Shown: positions 34,515-43,107 of the stretch, in pieces
Numbering within the stretch: the first letter of the stretch is position 1
How the letters are laid out: each line of letters opens with the position of its first letter
Assembly: GCA_029907135.1 (NCBI GenBank)
Contig: JARYMJ010000001.1
Coordinates: 24,288-88,287 of the forward strand
DNA length: 64,000 nt
Reading direction: 5' to 3'
Source: Candidatus Saccharicenans sp.
GTDB taxonomy: Bacteria > Acidobacteriota > Aminicenantia > Aminicenantales > Saccharicenantaceae
Made by a program: the position numbers and the translations under genes
Notes under the pieces: model-generated
What the model saw: the letters and a program-made list of their open reading frames with translations, nothing else
The model's database searches: none
What the model was told of the DNA's origin: nothing

Positions 34515-36659
34515 TTATTGCCAGAACCTGACCCAGAGTCTGGTGGCCGGTCGGTTTTGACGGAACTTCTTCAAGCTGGCCAGCAAGTCTGGCAACTCCT
34601 CCTCTGAGGGCAACCTGACCATCAACCTGACTTCCCTTTTCTCTCTTTGCCAAATTTTCCGGCTGATTCTCGGCCCGATCAATTCCAGCTCCGGGAAATC
34701 AGCCCGCAGTTGCTCCAGCAATAACCTGGACCAGCGACCGGAACTCCTCAAAGACCGGCTATCAAGCCCGATTTCCACCAGGCAGCTGAAAGGCGGATAA
34801 TTCAGCAGGCGCCGGAATTCAATCTCTCTCTCCCAGAAACCCTGATAATTCCTGGACACGGCCTGGACGACAAGCTCCGGCTCCGGTCCGGAGGTCGCTA
34901 CCACCACCCTGGTGCCATCTTCATTCTTTACCAGTTCCAGGGCCTTATAGATGGTGGCCAGCGTCCTCTCACCAGCCCGGAAATCGGGCAGGTTCAGGCT
35001 ACTCTCGGGATTGACCAGAAACAGCATCGAGAACCGCCCTGCGGGCAGGCGCCTTAGGGCATACTCGGTTCCGACCACCAGCTGGCTTTTTCCGGATTTA
35101 ATCCGCCTGATTATTTTCTCACTGTCCTTCTCGCCACCACCTTCTTCCAGAACCTCTACCTTCTGTCCCAGAAAGATCTCTTGCAGCTGTTCTCTTAAAT
35201 ACTGGCTGCCGCGAACTCTGCCCGGACGCAGTTTTCCCCGGCAGACCGGGCATTCAGCGGGCGCCTCCGTTGTCTCACCGCAATAGCTACAGCTCAGCTC
35301 CCCGTTTTTCTGGCGCAGGCTCAGGGCAATACGGCATTTCTGGCAGCGGGCGACAAAGCCGCAGACCGGGCAGAAAAGATAACCGGCATAACCCTTGCGG
35401 CTGACCAGGAAAAAAATCTGTTGTTCCTTTTCCAGCCGGCTGCTGACTTCCTGCCGCAACTCTTTTTTCAGAAGTCTGGCCATGTCCAGATGGAAAAAAT
35501 CCACCCGGTAATATATGTCTTCGCCGCCCAGGTCTACCAACGAGCCCGCCTCCCGGTGATGATAAAACTGGCTCACCCGGGGGCAGTCCGAGCTATATAT
35601 CAGGAGGCTCTTTTCCAGGCTGGCCCTTATCCGAGCCGCTTCCCTGGCCTCAAAGGCCGGCCCTTCAGCCTGGTAATAGAGGTCGTCCTGTTCTTCATCA
35701 ACCACCAGCAAAGACAGCGGCTGGAAGGGCAGGAACAGGGCTGACCTGGTGCCGAAGATTACCCGGGCCCGGCCCGAAAGAATCTGATTCCAGTTATGCC
35801 GCCGAACCCTGTCGGTTAGCTGACTATGCCAGAGAACAGCCCGGCCGGACAACAACGGCCAGAGGGGCTGCCACTTTTCCAGTCTCTGAATTTCCGGCAC
35901 CAGGACCAGGGTAAAGCCGTGGTGCTGCATGGTATAATCAATTATTTTCTGTAAGAATTCCAGCCGTCTTTCCAGGTTTCCCGTCAGGAGGCAGCTTCCC
36001 CCTTCACCCGACTCCATTTTTTCCAGAAGGCGATGGCCGCTGGCGGTCAATCCCTCAGGTCTGACCGGTAGCACCAGCTGGCGGAAGACTGGGACCTGAG
36101 CTATTTTCAGCGGCTTTTTCTTTCCGACTTTTTCCCGGACCTCAATCAATCCATCCTGGCTCAGACTCCTGAGGTAAGAATTTATTTCCCGGATTTTCAG
36201 TTTTCTCCTGATATAGACCGGGCTCAACTGGCGGTCGGCCAGCAGGCTCAGGATCTGGCCCCGGCGTCCCTTGAGCCGGCCAGAGAGAAGTTCTTTCAAA
36301 CCCTTCTCGGTAATGGCCAGTTTGACCCTCGGCTTTTCTCTAGCCGCCGGAGGCTCGGCCATCTCCAGGAACAAACCCGGTGCGCTCAGGCTCCGTTCTG
36401 AAAGTTCCAGGGCAAATTGCAAGATGATTTTAGGCAGGCCCGGTTGGTCTTCCGCCCAGGCCGCGATTTCTTTTACTTTGAATTCCGGTTCCTGACTCAG
36501 CTCCTTGACTTCCAACACATACCCGGGGAGCTTCCTTGAGCCCAGGGGAGCAATAACCTTTGAGCCCACCTTGACCCGGGCCGCCAGCTCATCGGGCAGT
36601 CGGTAAAGGAACGTCTGAAAAACCGGCAGGGGAAAGAGAACTTGGCAGTAGGTGGACAT
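34515..36659 (-). CDS. priA: PriA-like primosomal protein N' with degenerate helicase ATPase motifs
   Basis: 714 aa and collinear with PriA. The N-terminal 3'-DNA-binding region is 'VLFPLPVFQTFLYRLP...VGSKVIAPLGSRKLPGYV'. It also has 'LVLVPEI' and 'FGTRSALF'. Four CxxC pairs are present (CPVC, CQKC, CSYC, CPVC). Walker A, DEEH and motif VI are not conserved (see findings). Confidence 0.8.
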   Translation of the reverse strand: MSTYCQVLFPLPVFQTFLYRLPDELAARVKVGSKVIAPLGSRKLPGYVLEVKELSQEPEFKVKEIAAWAEDQPGLPKIILQFALELSERSLSAPGLFLEMAEPPAAREKPRVKLAITEKGLKELLSGRLKGRRGQILSLLADRQLSPVYIRRKLKIREINSYLRSLSQDGLIEVREKVGKKKPLKIAQVPVFRQLVLPVRPEGLTASGHRLLEKMESGEGGSCLLTGNLERRLEFLQKIIDYTMQHHGFTLVLVPEIQRLEKWQPLWPLLSGRAVLWHSQLTDRVRRHNWNQILSGRARVIFGTRSALFLPFQPLSLLVVDEEQDDLYYQAEGPAFEAREAARIRASLEKSLLIYSSDCPRVSQFYHHREAGSLVDLGGEDIYYRVDFFHLDMARLLKKELRQEVSSRLEKEQQIFFLVSRKGYAGYLFCPVCGFVARCQKCRIALSLRQKNGELSCSYCGETTEAPAECPVCRGKLRPGRVRGSQYLREQLQEIFLGQKVEVLEEGGGEKDSEKIIRRIKSGKSQLVVGTEYALRRLPAGRFSMLFLVNPESSLNLPDFRAGERTLATIYKALELVKNEDGTRVVVATSGPEPELVVQAVSRNYQGFWEREIEFRRLLNYPPFSCLVEIGLDSRSLRSSGRWSRLLLEQLRADFPELELIGPRISRKIWQREKREVRLMVRLPSEEELPDLLASLKKFRQNRPATRLWVRFWQ

Positions 36660-37399
36660 CAGGATTTAAGCAGTTCCAGTACCTTTTTCATATCTTCCCA
36701 GACCATTTTTTTTATTTCCTTGTTGCCTTCATTCCGCACCAGGTAGGAAGGATGGAAGGTGGGCATAACCGGGATGCCCTGAAACTGGTCAAAATGGCCG
36801 CGGAGGTCAGACATGCTCTTCGGACTCTGGAGAAAAAAATCAGTGGCCACCTTGCCCAGGGCCACTATTACCCGGGGATGGATCAATTCAATCTGCCTCA
36901 GCAGGAAGGGCGAACAGGCCTTGATCTCCTCCGGCTTGGGAGTCCGGTTTTCCGGGGGCCGGCACTTGATGACATTGGCAATATAGACGCCCTCCCGGCT
37001 GAAGCCCATGGCCTGGATGATCCTGGTCAGCAGCTGCCCGGCCCGGCCGACAAAAGGCTTGCCCTGCAAGTCTTCGTCCCGGCCAGGGGCTTCCCCCACG
37101 AACATCAACTGGGCCCGCCGGTTACCCTCACCCGGGACCGCTTGCTTTCGTCCCTTGAAAAGCGGGCAGGCCTGGCAGGTCATGATTCTTCTGATTAGCC
37201 GCTCCCATTCTTCCTGGTTAGCCGCTGACGGTCCACTGCCTGAACCGTAGGATAACAGGAGAGGCGCCTCAGCCTCGGCGGCCGGTCTGGCCCCTTTAGG
37301 CTTTCGGGGGCTGACCAGAAAATCCACTCCCAGGTCGCGGTAAAATTCTAGTTGAGTCTTCAGCTCTTGGAGCTTTTCAGCTCTTCCCTTTTCGCTCAT
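36659..37399 (-). CDS. Uracil-DNA glycosylase, family 4
   Basis: It has 'CQACPL', 'VPGEGNRRAQLMFVGEAPGRDEDLQGKPFVGRAGQLL' and 'HPSYLVRN'. Confidence 0.9.
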   Translation of the reverse strand: MSEKGRAEKLQELKTQLEFYRDLGVDFLVSPRKPKGARPAAEAEAPLLLSYGSGSGPSAANQEEWERLIRRIMTCQACPLFKGRKQAVPGEGNRRAQLMFVGEAPGRDEDLQGKPFVGRAGQLLTRIIQAMGFSREGVYIANVIKCRPPENRTPKPEEIKACSPFLLRQIELIHPRVIVALGKVATDFFLQSPKSMSDLRGHFDQFQGIPVMPTFHPSYLVRNEGNKEIKKMVWEDMKKVLELLKS

Positions 37400-38576
37400 T
37401 TAAGAGAACCTCGATTTCAGCCAGTATCTCCTGGCTGATTTTTCTCTTGCTGGCCCGCGGAATTTTTTTGGTACGGCCGTCCGGCCAGAGCAATACCACC
37501 TCGTTCTCATCACTCCCGAAGCCGACCTCAGGCCGGCTAACATCGTTGGCCACGATCAGGTCGACCTGCTTGCGTTTCATCTTTTCCAGAGCCTTTTCCA
37601 CCGCCTGGCCGGTTTCCGCGGCGAAACCCACCAGTAGCTGATGCCCCTTGCGCTGGCCCAATTCTTCCAGGATATCGGGCGTTGTTTCTATCTCCAAGAC
37701 CCGTTCAATTTCGGTCTTGCGGATTTTCTCAGACCAGGTTTTTCGAAAGCGGAAGTCGGCCACCGCGGCGGCCATGAGCACCACCTCGGCCCGGTCATAG
37801 TGCCTGAGGACCGCTTCTTTCATTTCGGCCGCATCCGTCACCCTTTCCAGATAAACTCCCGCTGGAGGTTCAAGATAAGTCGGCCCGGAAATCAGAATAA
37901 CTTCAGCTCCGAGCTGGTAGGCTTCCCCAGCCAGTTCATAACCCATCTTGCCCGAGGCCGGGTTGGAAACGAACCTGACCGGGTCCAGGAATTCCCGGGT
38001 CGGACCGGCCGTGACCAGGACCACTTTATCCCGGAAACTGTCCTTCGTTCTTATGAGCCGCAGGCCTTGCTGGACAATTTTTTCGGGGACGGCCAGCCGT
38101 CCCGGTCCCTTCTTGCCGCAGGCCAGATAGCCGGTATCTGGCTCCACAAATTCCACACCCAGGCTCTTTAGCTTTCTGATATTTTCCTGGGTCTGGGGAT
38201 GGAGATACATAGCCTCATTCATGGCCGGAGCCACCAGCACCGGGCACTTGGCCGCCAGATAAAAGGTGGTCAGAAAATCATCGGCTATGCCCGAGGCCAT
38301 CTTGCCGATGACATTGGCGGTGGCCGGAGCCAGTAGCAGCAGGTTGATTTCGTCCACCAGCGAAATGTGTTCAATCGGTCTCTGCTGGTCATCGAAAAGG
38401 TGGACGATGGTCCTTTCCCCGGTCAACGAGGTGAAAAGGTAGGGGTCGATAAAGCGGGTGGCCTTTTCGGTCATGATAACCCGAACCCCAAAGCCTTCCG
38501 ACTGAAAAAGGCGGATGATTTCACAGGCTTTATAAAGGCTGACGGAAGAACAAACGCCAAGGGCTATTTTCTTCAT
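37377..38576 (-). CDS. coaBC: Bifunctional phosphopantothenoylcysteine decarboxylase / phosphopantothenate-cysteine ligase
   Basis: 399 aa. The flavoprotein half shows 'IALGVCSSVSLYKA' and 'PAMN..M'. The CoaB half shows 'VTAGPTREFLDPVRFVSNPASGKMG' and 'MAAAVADF'. Confidence 0.95.
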   Translation of the reverse strand: MKKIALGVCSSVSLYKACEIIRLFQSEGFGVRVIMTEKATRFIDPYLFTSLTGERTIVHLFDDQQRPIEHISLVDEINLLLLAPATANVIGKMASGIADDFLTTFYLAAKCPVLVAPAMNEAMYLHPQTQENIRKLKSLGVEFVEPDTGYLACGKKGPGRLAVPEKIVQQGLRLIRTKDSFRDKVVLVTAGPTREFLDPVRFVSNPASGKMGYELAGEAYQLGAEVILISGPTYLEPPAGVYLERVTDAAEMKEAVLRHYDRAEVVLMAAAVADFRFRKTWSEKIRKTEIERVLEIETTPDILEELGQRKGHQLLVGFAAETGQAVEKALEKMKRKQVDLIVANDVSRPEVGFGSDENEVVLLWPDGRTKKIPRASKRKISQEILAEIEVLLNERKGKS

Positions 38577-38594
38577 GGCTCCACCTTTCCCTGG

Positions 38595-39200
38595 TCAGGG
38601 CCAGGACTTAAAGCTCTTCAGAATTTCCTTGAATTCTTTCTGCCGCTCTCGCAACAGGCAGCGGTGAGACAGGATGATGGCTTTTAGCTCTTCCAGGGCC
38701 TGGTTCAGGTCGCCGTTGATCACCAGGTACTCAAAGATGTTCGATTCCAGAATCTCCCTCCGGGCATTGCTCAGCCGCAGGGCTATGGCCTCGGGCGGGT
38801 CAGTCTTCCGCTGCTTCAACCTTCTTTCCAGCTCGGGGTAGGAGGGCGGCACCACAAAAACAAAGCTGGCGCCTTCCAGCCTTTTCTTGACCTGCCGGGC
38901 GCCCTGAACGTCTATGTCCAGGATCAGATCGCCCCGGCTGCTCTTGCGGCTGACCTCCTCCCGGGAAGTCCCGTAGAGATGGCCATGAACTTCAGCCCAT
39001 TCCAGAAAGGCCCCGCTGTTCTTCATTTGTTCGAATTCTTCCCTGGTAACGAAATAGTAATCCTGTCCATCCACCTCGTCACTCCTCTTCGGCCGGGTGG
39101 TATGGGACACGGAAAACTCCAGCCCGGGCAGACGGGTAAGAAGGTTTTTGATCAGGGTTGATTTCCCGCAACCTGATGGCCCGGAAATCACGTATATCAT
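38595..39200 (-). CDS. gmk: Guanylate kinase
   Basis: I chose the ATG at 39200 ('MIYVISGPSGCGKST'). The track start at 39284 would overlap yicC. It has 'SVSHTTRPKR..E.DG.DYYFV'. Confidence 0.9.
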   Translation of the reverse strand: MIYVISGPSGCGKSTLIKNLLTRLPGLEFSVSHTTRPKRSDEVDGQDYYFVTREEFEQMKNSGAFLEWAEVHGHLYGTSREEVSRKSSRGDLILDIDVQGARQVKKRLEGASFVFVVPPSYPELERRLKQRKTDPPEAIALRLSNARREILESNIFEYLVINGDLNQALEELKAIILSHRCLLRERQKEFKEILKSFKSWP

Positions 39201-39246
39201 CCTGCCAGCGTCCCTTCCGTTTTCGATTTTACCTTTTTCCTCAGAT

Positions 39247-40131
39247 CTATTCCAGATTCTGGACCTGTTGTCTGATGCTCTCAATCTCGTTCTTAATATT
39301 CAGGCAGCGCTTGATGATTCCCAGGTCCTGGGCCTTGGAATTCAGGGTGTTGGCTTCCCGGGACAGCTCCTGGGCCAGAAAATCCAGGTTTTTGCCCACC
39401 GGTTCACTGACCTCGGGTTTGATCAGCTGGCAAAAGCTGAGCAAGTGGCTCTGCAGCCGGTTAATCTCTTCGGCCAGGTCAAAGCGTTGCATCAGGTAGG
39501 CCACTTCTTCCGAGAGCCTTTCTTCCGACAGGTTGTTGTGGTTGAGGTCCTGCAGTTTCTTCTTCAGCTTGTTCTTCAACCTGTTGGGCTGGTGGCTGAA
39601 AATCCTTTCAATTTCGGCCAGGGATTTCTTAATCCGAGCCAGGTGCTGGTTCAGCTGGCGGGCAATTTCCCGGCCTTCCCGCTCCCTCTGGCTGATGATG
39701 TCATCGACCGTCTTTTCAAAGGCTTCCAGGATGAAGCGCTTATCCTCCCGGCTCAGTTCCTTCTGGCTGATGCTGACCAACTGCGGGACACGTAGCAGCT
39801 GGTCTAGAGAAATGGTAAAGGGTAGGTCTACTTTTCTGGCCAGTCTTCTCATCTCCTCCACGATTTTTTCCAGCAACGGCTGGTTGACAGAAAAATCCCA
39901 GCTGTCGGCTGACAGATAATCCAGTTCCAGTATTACCTCCACCCGTCCCCGCAGGATCTTCTTTTGGCAGATGGCTCTAAGCTGGTTTTCCAGCTGGCCG
40001 AGGCTGGCTCCCTTGTAAACCCAGTCGAAAAAGCGGTGGTTCAGGGTTTTGATGAAGATTTTGACCCTGAGCCTGGGTGAAGCTACGTTCCGTTCGGCAA
40101 AACCGGTCATACTGCGTATCATAGACGACAC
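39247..40131 (-). CDS. yicC: YicC/YloC family stress-induced protein (endoribonuclease family)
   Basis: 294 aa. It starts 'MIRSMTGFA' and ends with a C-terminal 'LSREANTLNSKAQD......IKNEIESIRQQVQNLE'. Confidence 0.85.
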   Translation of the reverse strand: MSSMIRSMTGFAERNVASPRLRVKIFIKTLNHRFFDWVYKGASLGQLENQLRAICQKKILRGRVEVILELDYLSADSWDFSVNQPLLEKIVEEMRRLARKVDLPFTISLDQLLRVPQLVSISQKELSREDKRFILEAFEKTVDDIISQREREGREIARQLNQHLARIKKSLAEIERIFSHQPNRLKNKLKKKLQDLNHNNLSEERLSEEVAYLMQRFDLAEEINRLQSHLLSFCQLIKPEVSEPVGKNLDFLAQELSREANTLNSKAQDLGIIKRCLNIKNEIESIRQQVQNLE

Positions 40132-40146
40132 TCCCTGTCAATGAAT

Positions 40147-41172
40147 TCAAGCTAGGCCGACCAGTTTCCTGGCCAGTTCCAGAGCATTGAGGGCCGAGCC
40201 GATGGTCAGGTTATCGGCCGCCACATAAAGCCAGAAGCTTCCGGGAAGCGACTGGTCTTTTTTGAGATGGCCGATAAAAATTTTTTCTTGGCCGGCGGCC
40301 CGGATATTGGAGATCTGCCGGGGTGCCCCGGGGGGATGAAACTGGAAAATATCCTTCTGGCGGAAGACCTGGCCCAGCTGCTCCAGGCCAGTATCCTTGG
40401 CCAGTTCCAGGTAGATTACCAGGGAATAAACATGAAAGACCGGAGCCTGTACCAGGGACAGGCTGAAATCAAAGTCTGACTTCAGCACCCGCCTGACTTC
40501 CTGGATAATCTGCCTTTCGCTGGCCGAAAACCCATCCCGGTCGGCTTTTTCCACTTCCGGCAAGAAATTGAAAGCAATCTGGTCGGCAAAAATCTTATGG
40601 CTCAGGCTGCTGCTGGACAGCAGGGCGTAGCTCTGCTCAGCCAGTTCTTCTATTCCGGCGTTGGCGTAAGCCGAGACCGGCTGCAGGACCACCGCCAGGG
40701 CCTTCTTGACCCTGAAGACAGAACTCACGGCCGCCAGAACATGGCTCAGAAAAATGGTGACCGGATGGGGGTTGGAGACCAGCAACACTTCCTCCCTCTC
40801 CAGCACCTCGTCGTTGACCCCGGCCACAACCAGCGGCACATCGGGCTGGTCGCTAAAGCTTTCTTCCAGGTCGATGGCCTTGAAACCCTTTTCCCGAGCC
40901 AGGCGGCCAAACTTGCGGTTGCTCTCTTTATCGGCCGCCAGGAAAACCAGGTCCAGTTCCTCCAGCAGTTCCGGGTAGGGGTGATGGATGACCTTGGGTT
41001 CATCCCGGAATTCAGTCAGCTTGCTGTATTCCTCGGCCACTTCCGGGTCGTAAAATTCCATGGATTTTATCGGAAATTTCCGGCCAGCCAGCAGGTCTTT
41101 TATTTCCTGGGCCCGGAAGGAGTCGGTGCCGATCAGGGCTACCCGGAACTGGCGCTCGGTTTTCTTACTCAT
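40147..41172 (-). CDS. Aspartate-semialdehyde dehydrogenase-fold protein lacking canonical catalytic residues
   Basis: It is collinear with Asd: 'RVALIG...', 'PLVVAGVNDEVL', 'LVSNPHPVTI', 'LQPVSAYANAG', 'VQAPVFHVYS', 'ADNLTIGSALNALELA'. I chose the ATG at 41172, which makes an 8-nt overlap with the upstream gene. Confidence 0.7.
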   Translation of the reverse strand: MSKKTERQFRVALIGTDSFRAQEIKDLLAGRKFPIKSMEFYDPEVAEEYSKLTEFRDEPKVIHHPYPELLEELDLVFLAADKESNRKFGRLAREKGFKAIDLEESFSDQPDVPLVVAGVNDEVLEREEVLLVSNPHPVTIFLSHVLAAVSSVFRVKKALAVVLQPVSAYANAGIEELAEQSYALLSSSSLSHKIFADQIAFNFLPEVEKADRDGFSASERQIIQEVRRVLKSDFDFSLSLVQAPVFHVYSLVIYLELAKDTGLEQLGQVFRQKDIFQFHPPGAPRQISNIRAAGQEKIFIGHLKKDQSLPGSFWLYVAADNLTIGSALNALELARKLVGLA

Positions 41173-41395
41173 GGCCGGTCCGCTGCTGAAATTCAAGAAT
41201 CATCCGGTACATCTCGTCTTTGAGCCTCAATTTTTTCTTTTTCAACAGCTTTTCCTGCAGCCTGTCTTCCTCGGTCAAAAAACTCTTGGCCCTCAGCCGG
41301 GACAGGGCCTGCTCACATTCCTGATGGTCCTGATATATTTTACGGAAGGTTTCGTTATCCTTAAGAAGAAGTTCCTTGATTTTCTCTTCAGTCAT
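41165..41395 (-). CDS. DUF465 (YdcH-like) family small protein
   Basis: 76 aa. 'L...N..F..IYQDHQE.E..L.RL......T.ED...E..LKK.KL.LKDEMY.M' fits the DUF465 helical pattern. Confidence 0.7.
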   Translation of the reverse strand: MTEEKIKELLLKDNETFRKIYQDHQECEQALSRLRAKSFLTEEDRLQEKLLKKKKLRLKDEMYRMILEFQQRTGHE

Positions 41396-41552
41396 TTAAT
41401 ACTCCCGGTTAAGGATAACACAGGCTGATTTTGTTTTCAATTTGGCTCCCACCAGGCGGAAAAACTGTCTGGAAAATGCCAGGCCTGGCCCCTCACTCCT
41501 GCTTATCCGGGTTCCGCTATCTGGCTTCTTCCCAAAAAATCCAGGCGGGCTG

Positions 41553-41581
41553 TTGACTTTGAAAAGGCGGATTAATATACT
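41553..41581 (+). promoter_or_regulatory. Near-consensus sigma-70 promoter TTGACT-N17-TATACT driving tRNA-Phe
   Basis: TTGACT lies at 41553..41558 and TATACT at 41576..41581. The tRNA 5' end is 30 nt downstream. Confidence 0.5.
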
Positions 41582-41610
41582 ATTAAACGATTTTTATAGA
41601 CGGCCTGGAT

Positions 41611-41683
41611 GGCCAGGTAGCTCAGTCGGTAGAGCGAGGGACTGAAAATCCCTGCGTCGGCGGTTCGATTCCGTCCCTGGCCA
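41611..41683 (+). tRNA. tRNA-Phe (anticodon GAA)
   Basis: The sequence folds by hand into a cloverleaf. The acceptor stem is GGCCAGG/CCTGGCC with discriminator A. The D arm is GCTC-AGTCGGTA-GAGC. The anticodon arm is AGGGA-CTGAAAA-TCCCT. The T arm has GGTTCGATTCC. No CCA is encoded. Confidence 0.95.
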
Positions 41684-41779
41684 TTCCCCTCCTCAAATAA
41701 ACTTCCTACCCGGTGGCGGATAAAATTATGCTTTTCTCAAGCCGGCCGCAAAAGTCACTTCCACCGGCCGTTGACCGGG

Positions 41780-43081
41780 TCAGAATCTGAAAGAAACTGA
41801 GACCTGAGGCACGATGAGATGCATGCGGTAAACTCCGGGCATGGCCTGCCCCAGAGTTCCAGCCATCAGCAATTCTTCAAAGGTCACATCCCGTCTCTTG
41901 CCGCCGAGATACTCCAGCCCCCAGTTCAGCGAAAGTCCCTTCCAGTCGTAACCAACACCAGCGCTGAATGACTGAAAATCAAAACTGGGAAGCAGGATAT
42001 TCATCGTATAATCAGGGGCTGGTGAGGGGTCAGAATAATAGCCAGCCCGGAGAGAAATTTCTGGCGTCAGGTGGTACTCCAGGCCGAAGCGAAGCTGGAC
42101 GCGGTTTTTCCAGTCCAGCCAGAGACGGTCGTTGCCGGCCTCAGACATTAGCAGACTCCAGACCGGGTCCAGGTAGGTGGTTTCCAGGTATTCTACCGCC
42201 GACCAGCCGGTCCACTGGATATCAGCCGTGAGCACCAGGTCCTCCACTGGCCTCAAGGCTACCCCTCCCCCGATAAACCAGGGCCACTTGATATTCCTCT
42301 TGAGGTCTGAACTGTCAGGATAACCTGCATAACCAAGGTAGAGCATTTCGGCTGTGCCCTTGAACTTGACAGTGGATGGAGTTTTAACAGTCAGGCCGGC
42401 ACTTATCCAATCAGCCGGGCGGGCCAGAACCCCGAGGGTCAGGCCAAATCCCCAGCCGTGCAGGCTCTCGTCGTACTGGCCCAGGTCAATCAACTCTTCG
42501 CCCATTTCCATTTCGCCCGCCCACCTCTTGAAACTAAACATACCATAATTGATATTGAGCGTGGCCCCGAGGCTCAGCCGGTCGTTGATCTTCCAGGAAA
42601 TCAAAGGCGATATGGTGAACATCCCGATCTTGCTGGTCCAGTCATAAGCCACCCCGGCCATCATTTCCTTGAAATCTTCTCCCTTCCAGTTGGCCCCCAG
42701 TCCCGACGGCGTATAGATGCCGATTCCGGCCACCAGGTTATCTGAGAGCGGCCTGTAATAAGCCGCCATGAAACCCAGGTAATGAGAGAGCTTGGTTTTG
42801 GCCTCGATGGCCAGGTCGGGGGGAAGGGTCACCTGGTATCTATTGGTGGGAATCAGGTCGGTCAGATAGGCTCCGAACAGAGGTTGCTTCAAGAAGCCGG
42901 CTCCGGCCGGGTTCCAGTAGGCCAGGCTGAAATCATCGGCCAGGCCGATAAAAGCGCCGCCCATGGAAACAGCCCGAGCTCCCAGGCCGTTAAGATTAAG
43001 GCCGTTGGCCAGTCCCAGCCCCGAAAGCAGCAGGGCCGCCAGCAGCAGCCACAGCGATCTTCTGATTAAGCCTTTCAACAT
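41780..43081 (-). CDS. FadL/OmpP1/TodX-family outer membrane hydrophobic-compound channel
   Basis: It has 'GARAVSMGGAFIGLADDFSLAYWNPAG' and a beta-barrel periodicity, and ends in a terminal ...VSFRF. I prefer the ATG at 43081 behind AGGAG; the track start at 43111 overlaps the clpB stop. Confidence 0.85.
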   Translation of the reverse strand: MLKGLIRRSLWLLLAALLLSGLGLANGLNLNGLGARAVSMGGAFIGLADDFSLAYWNPAGAGFLKQPLFGAYLTDLIPTNRYQVTLPPDLAIEAKTKLSHYLGFMAAYYRPLSDNLVAGIGIYTPSGLGANWKGEDFKEMMAGVAYDWTSKIGMFTISPLISWKINDRLSLGATLNINYGMFSFKRWAGEMEMGEELIDLGQYDESLHGWGFGLTLGVLARPADWISAGLTVKTPSTVKFKGTAEMLYLGYAGYPDSSDLKRNIKWPWFIGGGVALRPVEDLVLTADIQWTGWSAVEYLETTYLDPVWSLLMSEAGNDRLWLDWKNRVQLRFGLEYHLTPEISLRAGYYSDPSPAPDYTMNILLPSFDFQSFSAGVGYDWKGLSLNWGLEYLGGKRRDVTFEELLMAGTLGQAMPGVYRMHLIVPQVSVSFRF

Positions 43082-43107
43082 GTTCTTTTCTCCTTTATTC
43101 CAGTTTT

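Noticed and set aside
41396-41779. tRNA-Phe as a possible integration hotspot (genomic island, integrase or direct repeat of the tRNA 3' end).
   Set aside because: The flanking genes are a DUF465 gene and a FadL-family porin followed by clpB. I saw no integrase, no phage or IS genes, and no duplicated copy of the tRNA 3' end in the neighbouring intergenic sequence.
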